This document shows positions 53,601 to 64,000 of a DNA stretch of 64,000 bases, piece by piece (the first letter of the stretch is position 1; every line of letters starts with the position of its first letter). The translations under genes were made by a program, and so were the position numbers. Source of the stretch: Macrostomum lignano (Eukaryota); contig NIVC01001746.1 in the NCBI GenBank assembly GCA_002269645.1, forward strand, positions 62,001 through 126,000, written 5' to 3'. The notes under the pieces are model-generated. The model saw nothing but the letters and a program-made list of their open reading frames with translations. It did no database searches and had not been told where the DNA came from.

Positions 53601-56600
53601 TTGGTGGAGCAAAATTCGGTTATGCTGTCTCTAGAGATGTGATTGGTGGAGCAAAATTCGGTTATGCTGTCTCTGGAGCTGTGATTGGTGGAGTCAACTT
53701 CGGTTATGCTGTCTCTAGAGCTGTGATTGGTGGAGTCAACTTCGGTTGTGCTGTCTCTAGTGTCTCTAGAGCTGTGATTGGTGGAGCAAAATTCGGTTAT
53801 ACTGTCTCTAGAGCTGTGATTGGTGGAGTCAACTTCGGTTATGCTGTCTCAAGAGTCTAGAGCTGTGATTGGTGGAGTCAACTTCGGTTATGCTGTCTCT
53901 AGAGTCTCTAGAGCTGTGATTGGTGGAGCAAAATTCGGTTATGCTGTCTCTAGAGCTGTGATTGGTGGAGTCAACTTCGGTTATGCTGTCTCAAGAGTCT
54001 AGAGCTGTGATTGGTGGAGTCAACTTCGGTTATGCTATCTCTAGAGTCTCTAGAGCTGTGATTGTGGAGCAAAATTCGGTTATGCTGTCTCTAGAGTCTC
54101 TAGAGCTGTGATTGGTGGAGCAAAATTCGGTTATGCTGTCTCTAGAGTCTCTAGAGCTGTGATTGGTGGAGCAAAATTCGGTTATGCTGTCTCTAGAGCT
54201 GTGATTGGTGGAGCAAAATTCGGTTATGCTGTCTCTAGAGTCTCTAGAGCTGTGATTGGTGGAGCAAAATTCGGTTATGCTGTCTCTAGAGTCTCTAGAG
54301 CTGTGATTGGTGGAGCAAAATTCGGTTATGCTGTCTCTAGAGCTGTGATTGGTGGAGCAAAATTCGGTTATGCTGTCTCTAGAGCTGTGATTGGTGGAGT
54401 CAACTTCGGTTATGCTGTCTCAAGAGTCTAGAGCTGTGATTGGTGGAGTCAACTTCGGTTATGCTATCTCTAGAGTCTCTAGAGCTGTGATTGGTGGAGT
54501 CAACTTCGGTTATGCTATCTCTAGAGTCTCTAGAGCTGTGATTGGTGGAGTCAACTTCGGTTATGCTATCTCTAGAGTCTCTAGAGCTGTGATTGGTGGA
54601 GCAAAATTCGGTTATGCTGTCTCTAGAGCTGTGATTGGTGGAGTCAACTTCGGTTATGCTTTCTCTGGAGCAGAGACAAAATTCCACCAATCACAGCTCA
54701 AAGAGCACATATCTCTATTGAAAAATATGAGCATCTTTACGGTACTGATTAGTTTAATAAGTGATTACAAAAATATCTACTTTCATATTTTTAGCCAAGT
54801 TCAAAGTCGTAACTGAGTGGTGGCAGAAGAACGTTTTAGTTAGACTCAACGACATCAAAGCCATCCGCGAGCTGATCAAGGACGCCATCGGACCAGATAC
54901 CAGGGTGGTGGTGTCCATGACCGGCGGGTTCTCGCATCAGCTAGCCGAGATGAGGCATCAAATGCAGATGGCAGTTGGCCAGAAAGCGAAAGAAGTGAAA
55001 AGAACTTATCGCCATGCCAGCAGAATTGTCAAGATTGTGTGCTCCGTACTGTCCCTGGCTGTGTTCTCCATCACCTTGCTGCTGTCCATCTCATTCTACA
55101 AAAAGTACATGCGGTTTGACGAGTTTGAGAACAACTTCGTCACGGCTCCGTTTCTTAGGTAACAAACGGGCGTCTCTGTGGTCCCTTGATTTCTCTATGA
55201 ATTCGATCCACTCTCCCTTGATTTCTCTATGTATTCGATCCACTCTCCCTTGATTTCTCTATGAATTCGATCCACTCTCCCTTGATTTCTCTATGAATTC
55301 GATCCACTCTCCCTTGATTTCTCTATGAATTCGATCCCCTCTCCCTTGATTTCTCTATGAATTCGATCCACTCTCCCTTGATTTCTCTATGAATTCGATC
55401 CACTCTCCCTTGATTTCTCTATGAATTCGATCCACCCTCCCTTGATTTCTCTATGAATTCGATCCACTCTCCCTTGATTTCTCTATGAATTCGATCCACT
55501 CTCCCTTGATTTCTCTATGAATTCGATCCACTCTCCCTTGATTTCTCTATGAATTCGATCCACCCTCCCTTGATTTCTCTATGAATTCGATCCACCCTCC
55601 CTTGATTTCTCTATGAATTCGATCCACTCTCCCTTGATTTCTCTATGAATTCGATCCACTCTCCCTTGATTTCTCTATGAAATCGATCCACTCTCCCTTG
55701 ATTTCTCTATGAATTCGATCCACTCTCCCTTGATTTCTCTATGAATTCGATCCACTCTCCCTTGATTTCTCTATGAATTCGATCCACCCTCCCTTGATTT
55801 CTCTATGAATTCGATCCACTCTCCCTTGATTTCTCTATGACTTCGATCCACTCTCCCTTGATTTCTCTTGCCATTGCTGAAGATTTATAGACCTCTTCTC
55901 CACTTCTTCTCCCTCTACCTTGCCTACCTCTACCTCTTCTACCTCTGCCTTGCCTACCTCTACCTTGCCTACCTCTACCTTGCCTACCTCTACCTTGCCT
56001 ACCTCTACCTTGCCTACCTCTACCTTGCCTACCTCTACCTTGCCTACCTCTACCTTGCATACCTCTACCTTGCCTACCTCTACCTTGCATACCTCTACCT
56101 TGCCTACCTCTACCTTGCCTACCTCTACCTTGCCTACCTCTACCTTGCATACTTCTTCTCTCTCCCCAGGCTAGAGGAACTGGAGCCTCCCCTTCTGCCG
56201 CTAGACGCGTACGAGAAAACCCGAGTGTCAATTCTGGCCGAGAGCATGATCAGCGATGTAGTTCACCGACTAGGTGGCTCCGACCTGCTGCTAACGATAA
56301 TCCGTCTGGTGCCCTTCATCCTGGTGATGGGTCTGGAGTGGATCTTTTATTCAATGGCCTATTTCATGGAACAGAAATGGAATCGAGCGATTAAAATTGA
56401 GAGAAATATTGATACTAGACTTACGCTGAAGGCTGCAAAGGATCTGGCTGAGACCAGTCCTATGGCTCTGCTGCTGACAATTATAATTCACATGCAGGTG
56501 AGTCTCTAATAACACACTCAAACCTACTCTCCGCAGCCAAAATTATGGATTTACAGAGATCCAGCATTTTACTCTCGTACTTTGCTCACAGAAAGCGCTA

Positions 56601-57738
56601 AGAGAGATCAACCTAGATATCAACGTATTGGCTTGTTCACCCAAAGCCACTAAACCCAATTGGGCACTCGATGCTCTGATTGGAGGCCTAATGCTACTTT
56701 ACACTCTGCTCACCCTGTTTGGCTCGTTCTTCTTGAAGCTCAGGCATCATATCATGCTGGAACTGGAGCCGGCGAGGGCTGTTCAACGAGCCGTCTGGTA
56801 TGTTTGCTCTGGAGGGATACCAAGCCACCACCCCAATCACACTCTCGGCTCCGCCACCACCCCAAACCCACCACCCCAATCACGCTCTCAGCTCTGTCAC
56901 CACACCAAACCCAGCACCCCAATCACACCTTCGGCTCCGCCGCCACCCCAAACCCACCACCCCAATAACACTCTCGGCTCCGCCGCCACCCCATACCCAC
57001 CACCCTAATCACACTCTCGGCTCCGCCGCCACCCCATACCCACCACCCCAATCACACTCTCGGCTCCGCTACCACCCCATACCCACCACCCCAATCACGC
57101 TCTCGGCTCCGCCGCCACCCCATACCCACCACCCCAATCACACTCTCGGCTCCGCCACCGCCCCAAACCCACCACCCCAATAACACTCTCGGCTCTGCTA
57201 CCACCCCATACCCACCACCCCAATCACGCTCTCGGCTCCGCCGCTACCCCAAACCCACCACCCCAATCACACTCTCGGCTCCGCCGCCACCCCAAACCCA
57301 CCACTCCAATCACACTCTTAGCTCCGCCGCCACCCGCATCCCACCGCTTGCAGGCTTCGCCGCCAACTCCAGGCGGACAGGGAGCTGTTACCATCCAATC
57401 GCGATCTTTTAAAAATGTCTCAATTCGAGCAAGACGATAGCAGCTTATCATTTCTATTCAACACTTACGTGAAGGAGGGCTTAAACAGTTGGATGGACTT
57501 GTTAAGATCTCTGTTTAATCTGCCGACAGTTCGCTGTGTTCGATGCGGTATTCGGGGAAATTTGTCGATGCCAAATTTTAACGAATTTTTCACCGTCTGC
57601 GACTCGTGCCAAAACAGCATCTGCGCGCCATGCGCCCACTACACAGACAGAAAAGGATTGGTTAAGCTCAGGGAGAGCTGCCCGCACTGCGGACTCAAGA
57701 TGGACGATGTAAGTGCCTTAAGAACCTATTTGACTTGA
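50602..57738 (+). CDS. DC-STAMP-domain multipass membrane protein with C-terminal Cys-rich RING-like finger (DCST1/2, Sneaky/SPE-42 type), ~769 aa
   Basis: Exons 50602-50847, 51089-51403, 51936-52401, 54795-55158 (YKKYMRFDEFENNFVT), 56170-56497 (LLPLDAYEK), 56592-56797 and 57354-57738 (CVRC...CDSC..SICAPC...CPHC). Total 2310 nt, phases consistent. The start codon is uncertain. Confidence 0.82.
51462..51848. repeat. Intronic minisatellite, 60-bp unit, ~6 copies
   Basis: acacgcgataagcatcggggactgggggtgaataaatgaggggtgg... Confidence 0.95.
52465..54690. repeat. Intronic minisatellite, 39/48-bp-type units (gctgtctctagagctgtgattggtggagtcaacttcggttat-like)
   Basis: Fills most of the 2.4-kb intron 52402-54794; source of ORF 52418-53860. 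Confidence 0.93.
55188..56152. repeat. Two intronic arrays: 32-bp (55188-55865) and 15-bp (55905-56152)
   Basis: atttctctatgaattcgatccactctcccttg; ctctaccttgcctac. Confidence 0.95.
56820..57340. repeat. Intronic minisatellite, ~43-bp unit
   Basis: cccaatcacactctcggctccgccgccaccccatacccaccac. Confidence 0.92.
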
Positions 57739-57899
57739 CAAGGGAACCCGCCTAGGTTTAAAGCTGATAAAATTTCTCATAGCTGGCAGTAGCTTTATTG
57801 GAAAATGAGCACAAACTATAGTATTTTTGAGCAGGAAAGTTCAAAAAAATGATTTCAGCATGTTATAAATATAAAAATTAACCTTTAAAAAGTTGTGAT

Positions 57900-58085
57900 A
57901 CAGGTCGGGGGTTCGATTCTCGATCCACTCACTAAAATTTGTATCCTTGAGCAAGACACTTGACTCTGCATTGCTTCAGTTCACCCAGCTGTAAAATGGG
58001 TGCCAGCATTAGCTGGGGTAATTGAGGGTGTGTGTGGCGACCCCCCAGTCCTTGGACTGAACAGCCGTACGCAGCCTTCAGATGC
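57900..58085 (+). mobile_element. 5'-truncated tRNA-derived SINE with a CORE-like domain
   Basis: B-box GGTTCGATTC followed by ccttgagcaagacacttgactct...cttcagttcacccagctgtaaaatggg, which resembles the MIR/CORE motif ccttgggcaagtcacttaacctctctgagcctcagtttcctcatctgtaaaatggg. Confidence 0.6.
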
Positions 58086-58380
58086 GCCGCGCAATATTAA
58101 TTAGTTAATTAATTATTGTTAGTATTATTGTTAAAATTGATTTATAATATCCTATTAATAGTAATTTGATTTAATAAAATTTAAACGTTAAACTATGAAA
58201 TGCCAATGCTTAAGGGCATTGCTGAGATGCCAAGGCTCAATACGGATAGTTGCCAAGGGTAAAAGATCAAGTCCAATCTGAAATTTATCATCAATTTCGC
58301 TGTGAATAAATGATAAAAAAATCTGAAAGTTTGGAGTTAGTCCAAACCTTCAAATTGCTGTACCTCAATTATTTCGATAG

Positions 58381-58642
58381 CACAACGAAGAAAACATGTC
58401 ACTCTCGACCCCAGGTTGAAGTGGACGCAGAAGAGATTGAAGACGAGGACCCGTTAGACGATATGCTGTTCAACTTCCTGGACCTCAGGCCTGGCTACAA
58501 AGTGGCCCGTTCTGCGCTCGCGGAGCACCTGAAAGATATTCGAAACTACGAGGCCCAGAAGGCGAAAGAACCCGAGAGAAGCTTTCTGTCCACGCTGGGA
58601 GCTGACGCCACCATTAATCCAAATGCCAAGCCACGTCAGTGA
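58381..58642 (+). CDS. Candidate exon of a small unknown protein (possible first exon 58200-58258)
   Basis: GC-richer, coding-like segment (EEIEDEDPLDDMLFNFLDLRPGYKVARSALAEHLKDIRNYE) with AG acceptors at 58380 and 58414. A phase-2 join with 58200-58258 is possible. No family recognised. Confidence 0.4.
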
Positions 58643-59470
58643 ATTGAAAGACATCCCACGAAGTAGTACATTGTGCACTTTAGTAATGTTTTTTTATTTT
58701 GATTAACGTAAACAAAAGATGTAACAGAGCAACTCAACCAATATGTAGAACTGAGAATAAATACATGCAGAAGACGTAAAAGTACTCGGTTCGACTCGGG
58801 GTTTTTCTGAGAAATTTATGAGCCGGAGGTCGCTAAGGAGAAGAAGTCCAGAAATTGGATGTTTCTATAGCCTATATCTCCGAATTTGTCAATGGCGGAC
58901 GGAAGAACTCTCACACAGCGAGCAAGGCCCCAAGCCATCTACCATAGACTATTTCTTGCTTTCTACTTTGTAGTTTTGGCCATAGACAACTCGTTTATCT
59001 ATCCGACTGATAAAAAGGTACATTGAGAAGACAGGCGGAACACTAATTTTGCTCCAATTTTGTCCTTGCGTTCGAAAGTCTTTAGTTGCATGCAATTTTC
59101 CTGAGTTTTAGTTGATAATCGGATGTAGGCCACCTCGGAACTAATAGCAGAAGGTGAGACAATTTTTTTTGCTAATTTAAGGTCAATCGAAATTGGGTCT
59201 TTAAAAATATTGACAAACCAGTCATACACAAGCATAGAAAACAAACATCTATAGCTTTATCCATTGCTTGTCAGTACGTTAAAAACGACTACAAAAATAT
59301 ACCGGTGTTATTTTATTACATTTTCAAGTTTACACTACATGACTACAGTATCATATTCAGTTTGTTTAGATTGAATTGGTCATTCGCAATCGCGATTCTT
59401 CATAGCCAGTAGGCTGTTCCAGTCGATGGACTGTCGTTCTTCGATGTTTTCCAGTTTGGTCTCTGTCTGC

Positions 59471-61520
59471 TAGAACCCGTCGCCTTTTAGAATTTCGTTG
59501 TTATTGTTGAATTTTCCGGACTGGCCTCCGACAGCTAGGGTTTCTGCGACAGGGTGATCTGTGGGAGTGCAAAGTGCAATGATATTCTAATGAGCTTGCA
59601 GATTTTGTGGAGCTGGGGGTGGGTGCTGGGGATGGATGCTGGGAGTGGGTGCTGGGGTGGGTGCTGGGGTGGGTGCTGGGGTGGGTGCTGGGTGGGTGCT
59701 GGGGGTGCTGTGGGTGGGTGCTGGGGTGGGTGCTAGAGGGGTGGGTGCTAGAGGGGGTGGGTGCTGGGGTGGGTGCTGGGGGTGGGTGCTAGAGGGGTGG
59801 GTGCTAGAGTGGCGGGTGCTAGAGGGGTGGGTGCTAGAGGGGTGGGTGCTAGAGGGGTGGGTGCTAGAGTGGCGGGTGCTAGAGGGGTGGGTGCTAGAGG
59901 GGTGGGTGCTAGAGGGGTGGGTGCTAGAGGGGGTGGGTGCTGGGGTGGGTGCTGGGGGTGGGTGCTAGAGGGGTGGGTGCTAGAGGGGGGGGGTGCTGTG
60001 GGTGGGTGCTGGGCGTGGGTGCTAGAGGGGTGGGTGCTAGACGGGTGGGTGCTAGAGGGTTGGGTGCTAGACGGGTGGGTGCTAGAGGGGTGGGTGCTAG
60101 AGGGGCGGGTGCTAGAGGGGTGGGTGCTAGAGGGGTGGGTGCTAGAGGGGTGGGTGCTAGAGGGGTGGGTGCTAGAGGGGCGGGTGCTAGAGGGGTGGGT
60201 GCTAGAGGGGCGGGTGCTAGAGGGGCGGGTGCTAGAGGGGTGGGTGCTAGAGGGGTGGGTGCTAGAGGGTGGGTGCTAGAGGGTGGGTGCTAGAGGGGCG
60301 GGTGCTAGAGGGGTGGGTGCTAGAGGGGTGGGTGCTAGAGGGGTGGGTGCTGGGGTATACCGGGTGGGTGCACCAAGTTTAAATGTGCCTGAGAACCGGG
60401 TTATAAAGTAGATTTACAGTTATTATTAAATCAGAATCGAGTACTGAAGTAGTCGGTTTTTAACTCACCAGCAGTGAGCATATTTTGAAAAGCATTGGTG
60501 CTGCTCATCCTCAGCTTCAGCAGCACCTTCATCAGCAGCAGCTTGGCGCGGGTGCTCGCCGGAAGCGAGGCGGACTCGACCAGGAAGTCGGTCATGGAGA
60601 TAAGCAGTTCTTCCCATTTGTTGGAATAAATTATCATTGAATTGAGCTTCAGTTTTTTGGGAAATTTTTGTTGAAAAATTGCTTTTAACTGTAATTTTTG
60701 TAGCCAGGGAATGCCAGTAATGTCTGCTCTGCCCTTCTGTCTGACTGTCTCTGACTGTCTCTGACTCTCTCTGACTGTCTCTGGTTGTCTCTGACTCTCT
60801 CTCACTGTCTCTGACTGTCTCTGACTCTCTCTCACTGTCTCTGACTGTCTCTGACTCTCGCTGACTCTCTCTGACTCTCTCTGACTATCTCTGACTCTCT
60901 CTGACTCTCTCTGACTCTCTCTGACTCTCGCTGACTCTCTCTGAGTGTCTCTGACTCTCTCTCACTGTCTCTGACTGTCTCTGACTCTCGCTGACTCTCC
61001 CTGACTCTCTCTGACTATCTCTGACTCTCTCTGACTCTCTCTGACTCTCTCTAACTCTCGCTGACTCTCTCTGACTCTCTCTGACTATCTCTGACTCTCT
61101 CTGACTCTCTCTGACTGTCTCTGACTGTCTCTGACTCTCTCTGACTGTCTCTGACTGTCTCTGACTCTCTCTTACTGTCTCTGACTCTCTCTCTGACTCT
61201 CTCTGACTCTTTCTGACTCTCTCTGACTCTCGCTGACTCTCTCTGACTGTCTCTGACTCTCTCCGACTGTCTCTGACTGTCTCTGACTCTCTCTGACTGT
61301 CTCTGACTCTCTCTGACTGTCTCTGACTCTCTCTGACTCTCTCTGACTGTCTCTGACTGTCTCCGACTCTTACTACTGGCTCTCACTGACCCTCACTGAC
61401 TCTCTCTATCAGTTAACTCACCTCCTTCAACTCTCTCGAGTTCAGCGGAACCAGCAACGACAGGAAATATCACCAGAACAGAAGCGACCACAAGCAGTAT
61501 GGATATACATGCTGAGGCCT
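59471..61520 (-). CDS. Candidate small multi-exon gene with a signal-peptide-like first exon; exon structure uncertain
   Basis: Donors gag|gtgagt (~61424) and ctg|gtgagt (~60470). A hydrophobic stretch SILLVVASVLVIFPVVAGSAE is present, and an acceptor cccacag|atc lies at ~59559. The start codon and middle acceptor are unresolved. Confidence 0.3.
59610..60355. repeat. G-rich 15-bp repeat (gggtgggtgctagag)
   Basis: Direct inspection; the G-tracts are compatible with G-quadruplex formation. Confidence 0.93.
60735..61400. repeat. 10-bp repeat (ctgactctct/ctgactgtct)
   Basis: Direct inspection. Confidence 0.93.
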
Positions 61521-62104
61521 CTTGAACTGTTGAAATTTTTCTATCTGGGATCTACCTATCTTCGGCTTGAGTTCGCCAATGATCAGTTGGCTTAGCAGAA
61601 TATATAGAGAAGAAAGTTAATCACCCGCTAATTCTGATCAATCTCCATGGGACCAATCTTTTATCCCTGGATCTGCAAAATCTGCAAAAACACCGATTAA
61701 AAATTTCAAGATAATTTTTTCGCCATCAAAGACGAACATGCATGAAATTGGAAAAAAATCAGGCCAGGCAGTTTTTTTCCTTTTCTTTCATTCCAGTTCT
61801 CCGAAATTGCTAAATAGCGATAATGCTCTGTAAAATTGCTGCCTGCAAAATAGACTTTCAACGCCTTGGAAAAAATTGATGAAAATTGCATGTAGCGCCT
61901 AAAAAACTAATCTTGTTCTCACTGCAAAATAAATGGCATTGATAAACCTCCAGTTATCTAAGTCTATGACGTCATTGCTGGCAAATCTCTCACTGCATCA
62001 AGCGTATTTTTCCCAGTATTCTTTCTCAAATCTCATATCTCACATCAAGCATGTGGTGGTCTCATTCTCTTTCATATAATCTCATCTCATGTGATCTATT
62101 GCAA

Positions 62105-62772
62105 TCTCACCTCACATCACCTCACCTCACCTCACCTCACCTCACCTCACCTCCCCTCACCTCACCTCACCTCACCTCCCCTCACCTCACCTCACCTCAC
62201 CTCCCCTCACCTCACCTCACCTCACCTCCCCTCACCTCACCTCACCTCACCTCACCTCACCTCACCTCCCCTCACCTCACCTCACCTCACCTCCCCTCAC
62301 CTCACCTCCCCTCACCTCACCTCACCTCACCTCACCTCACCTCACCTCACCTCACCTCCCCTCACCTCACCTCACCTCACCTCCCCTCACCTCACCTCAC
62401 CTCACCTCACCTCACCTCACCTCACCTCACCTCACCTCACCTCCCCTCACCTCACCTCACCTCACCTCACCTCCCCTCACCTCACCTCACCTCACCTCAC
62501 CTCACCTCACCTCACCTCACCTCACCTCACCTCACCTCACCTCACCTCACCTCACCTCACCTCCCCTCACCTCACCTCACCTCACCTCACCTCACCTCCC
62601 CTCACCTCACCTCACCTCACCTCACCTCACCTCACCTCACCTCACCTCACCTCACCTCACCTCACCTCACCTCACCTCACCTCCCTCACCTCACCTCACC
62701 TCACCTCACCTCCCCTCACCTCACCTCACCTCACCTCACCTCACCTCACCTCACCTCACCTCACCTCACCTC
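62105..62772. repeat. (CCTCA)n pentamer repeat
   Basis: Direct inspection. Confidence 0.97.
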
Positions 62773-63264
62773 AGATGGTTGGTTTCTCTATCATCTCACT
62801 TCAAAATTATAATGCAAAAAATAACGGATGAGACGTTCCAAAAAATTAATTGGACGACAATACCATTACACGACATTACAAAGACAATAAAAAGTCCAGA
62901 GACCGACGCGCCGTACAGACATGGCGTATGATAATAAGTATTCTATTCGTAAGACACAGCCTTGCACCGATCTTGTGACTAAAGTTCAAGTACTTTAAGT
63001 CAAGTAAGACACAACAATAATGCAAGATAAAGCATCTACAAATTCTAAAAACGAGTTTTAATCAATCACATTAGAGCAATTGCCAACTTCCATCGCTCCG
63101 TATTGTAGAGCAAAATTAGCAGACCACCTGAAATACGTGGGTTGGGAGTATAAGACCTAATATCCCTGCATCTCTTAAAACCCCAACCCTGTGTCTTTAT
63201 ATTTACGAACTATCTGTGTAGTCATTGGTACCATCTACTAGAGACCACAATCTACATTTGGCAA

Positions 63265-63545
63265 TCTACAGTCTACAATCTACGTAAAACTACAATCCAC
63301 AATCTACAATTTAAAATCTACAACGTACAATGTACAATCTACAATCCACAATCTAAAATCTACAATCTACAATACACAATACATATTCTACAATCTACTA
63401 TCTACAATCTACAATCTACAAACTGCAATCTACAATCTACAATCTACAATCTACAATCTACAATCTACAATCTACAATCTACAATCTACAATCTACAATC
63501 TACAATCTACAATCTACAATCTACAATCTACAATCTACAATCTAC
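63265..63545. repeat. (TCTACAA)n heptamer repeat
   Basis: Direct inspection. Confidence 0.93.
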
Positions 63546-63571
63546 CAACTGCCAGTCGTCAATCTACCCAC

Positions 63572-63881
63572 CAATGCCGGAGGTGACGGCAGTCAGCACC
63601 AGAATGCCAGTCCAGCCGAGCGCCCCGAGGCCGGCTGTGGTCACTGCGGCAATCAGAGCTCCGGCCACCGCCTTAAACAGGAAGACCAGGCCGTAGACTT
63701 GGGCAAACAGCGCGCTGCCGTACAACTTCTCAACCGAGTAGGGGAAGAACACGAACACTCCGGCGAATACAAAATTAACTAAGCAGACGAGGATAAAGTA
63801 GAGCGCAGGGTGCGTCAGCGCTGACAGTGGGGTCAATGCGTGCAGGGCTGCTAAAAGGAGGCCTTGAATTAGGACGCAGAC
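63572..63881 (-). CDS. Internal or near-terminal exon of an MFS transporter (OFA/monocarboxylate-like); the gene continues beyond the window
   Basis: Acceptor gttgcag|gtc. Multiple TM helices and VEKLYGSALFAQVYGLVF, similar to the FG..fg.nYG motif of OFA-type MFS C-domains. Confidence 0.7.
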
Positions 63882-64000
63882 CTGCAACGGTTTGTTAAAT
63901 ATTGTTGCGTCTGAAGCCTTAAGCTTTTTTGTCTGTCGTTTTCAGCGTTGTTGGTTTGGGGGTTGTTGGTCTGAGGGGGGTTGTTGGTCTGAGGGGAGTT

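Noticed and set aside
52418-53860. 480-aa Gly-rich repeat ORF (GYAVSRAVIGGVNF) resembling a structural protein
   Set aside because: It lies within the phase-consistent DCST intron 52402-54794 and is a minisatellite translation.
59610-60355. Telomeric repeat or collagen-like ORF
   Set aside because: The unit is a 15-bp gggtgggtgctagag, not TTAGGG, and the ORFs lack a regular Gly-X-Y pattern with signal context.

Overview
This is eukaryotic (animal) genomic DNA with GT-AG introns. The GC-rich exons and introns filled with minisatellites suggest a flatworm such as Macrostomum; the species is an inference. The left 42 kb is one minus-strand run of genes: RPLP0 -> MsrB -> BMAL1/CYCLE-like bHLH-PAS -> divergent CK1-like kinase -> TM9SF2. 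I reconstructed frame-consistent exon chains for these genes. The right part holds a plus-strand DC-STAMP-domain/RING gene (7 exons), an MFS transporter exon and two weak small-gene candidates. Nearly all long ORFs in the supplied track are tandem-repeat artefacts. Features not shown by the ORF track: (1) a 7-8-copy array of a degenerate 62-bp mimic of the 28S rDNA H69-H71 / R2 insertion-site region, with conserved flanks and a scrambled centre (16419-17095); (2) four copies of an H/ACA snoRNA whose pockets fit two 28S uridines, one intronic in RPLP0 and three between RPLP0 and MsrB; (3) two long U19/SNORA74-like H/ACA RNAs downstream of MsrB; (4) an 11-copy GTCACGTGAC E-box array inside the BMAL1-like gene; (5) a head-to-tail non-autonomous Helitron dimer plus a third copy; (6) several MITEs with clear TSDs, a Tc1-like relic and tRNA-derived SINEs.
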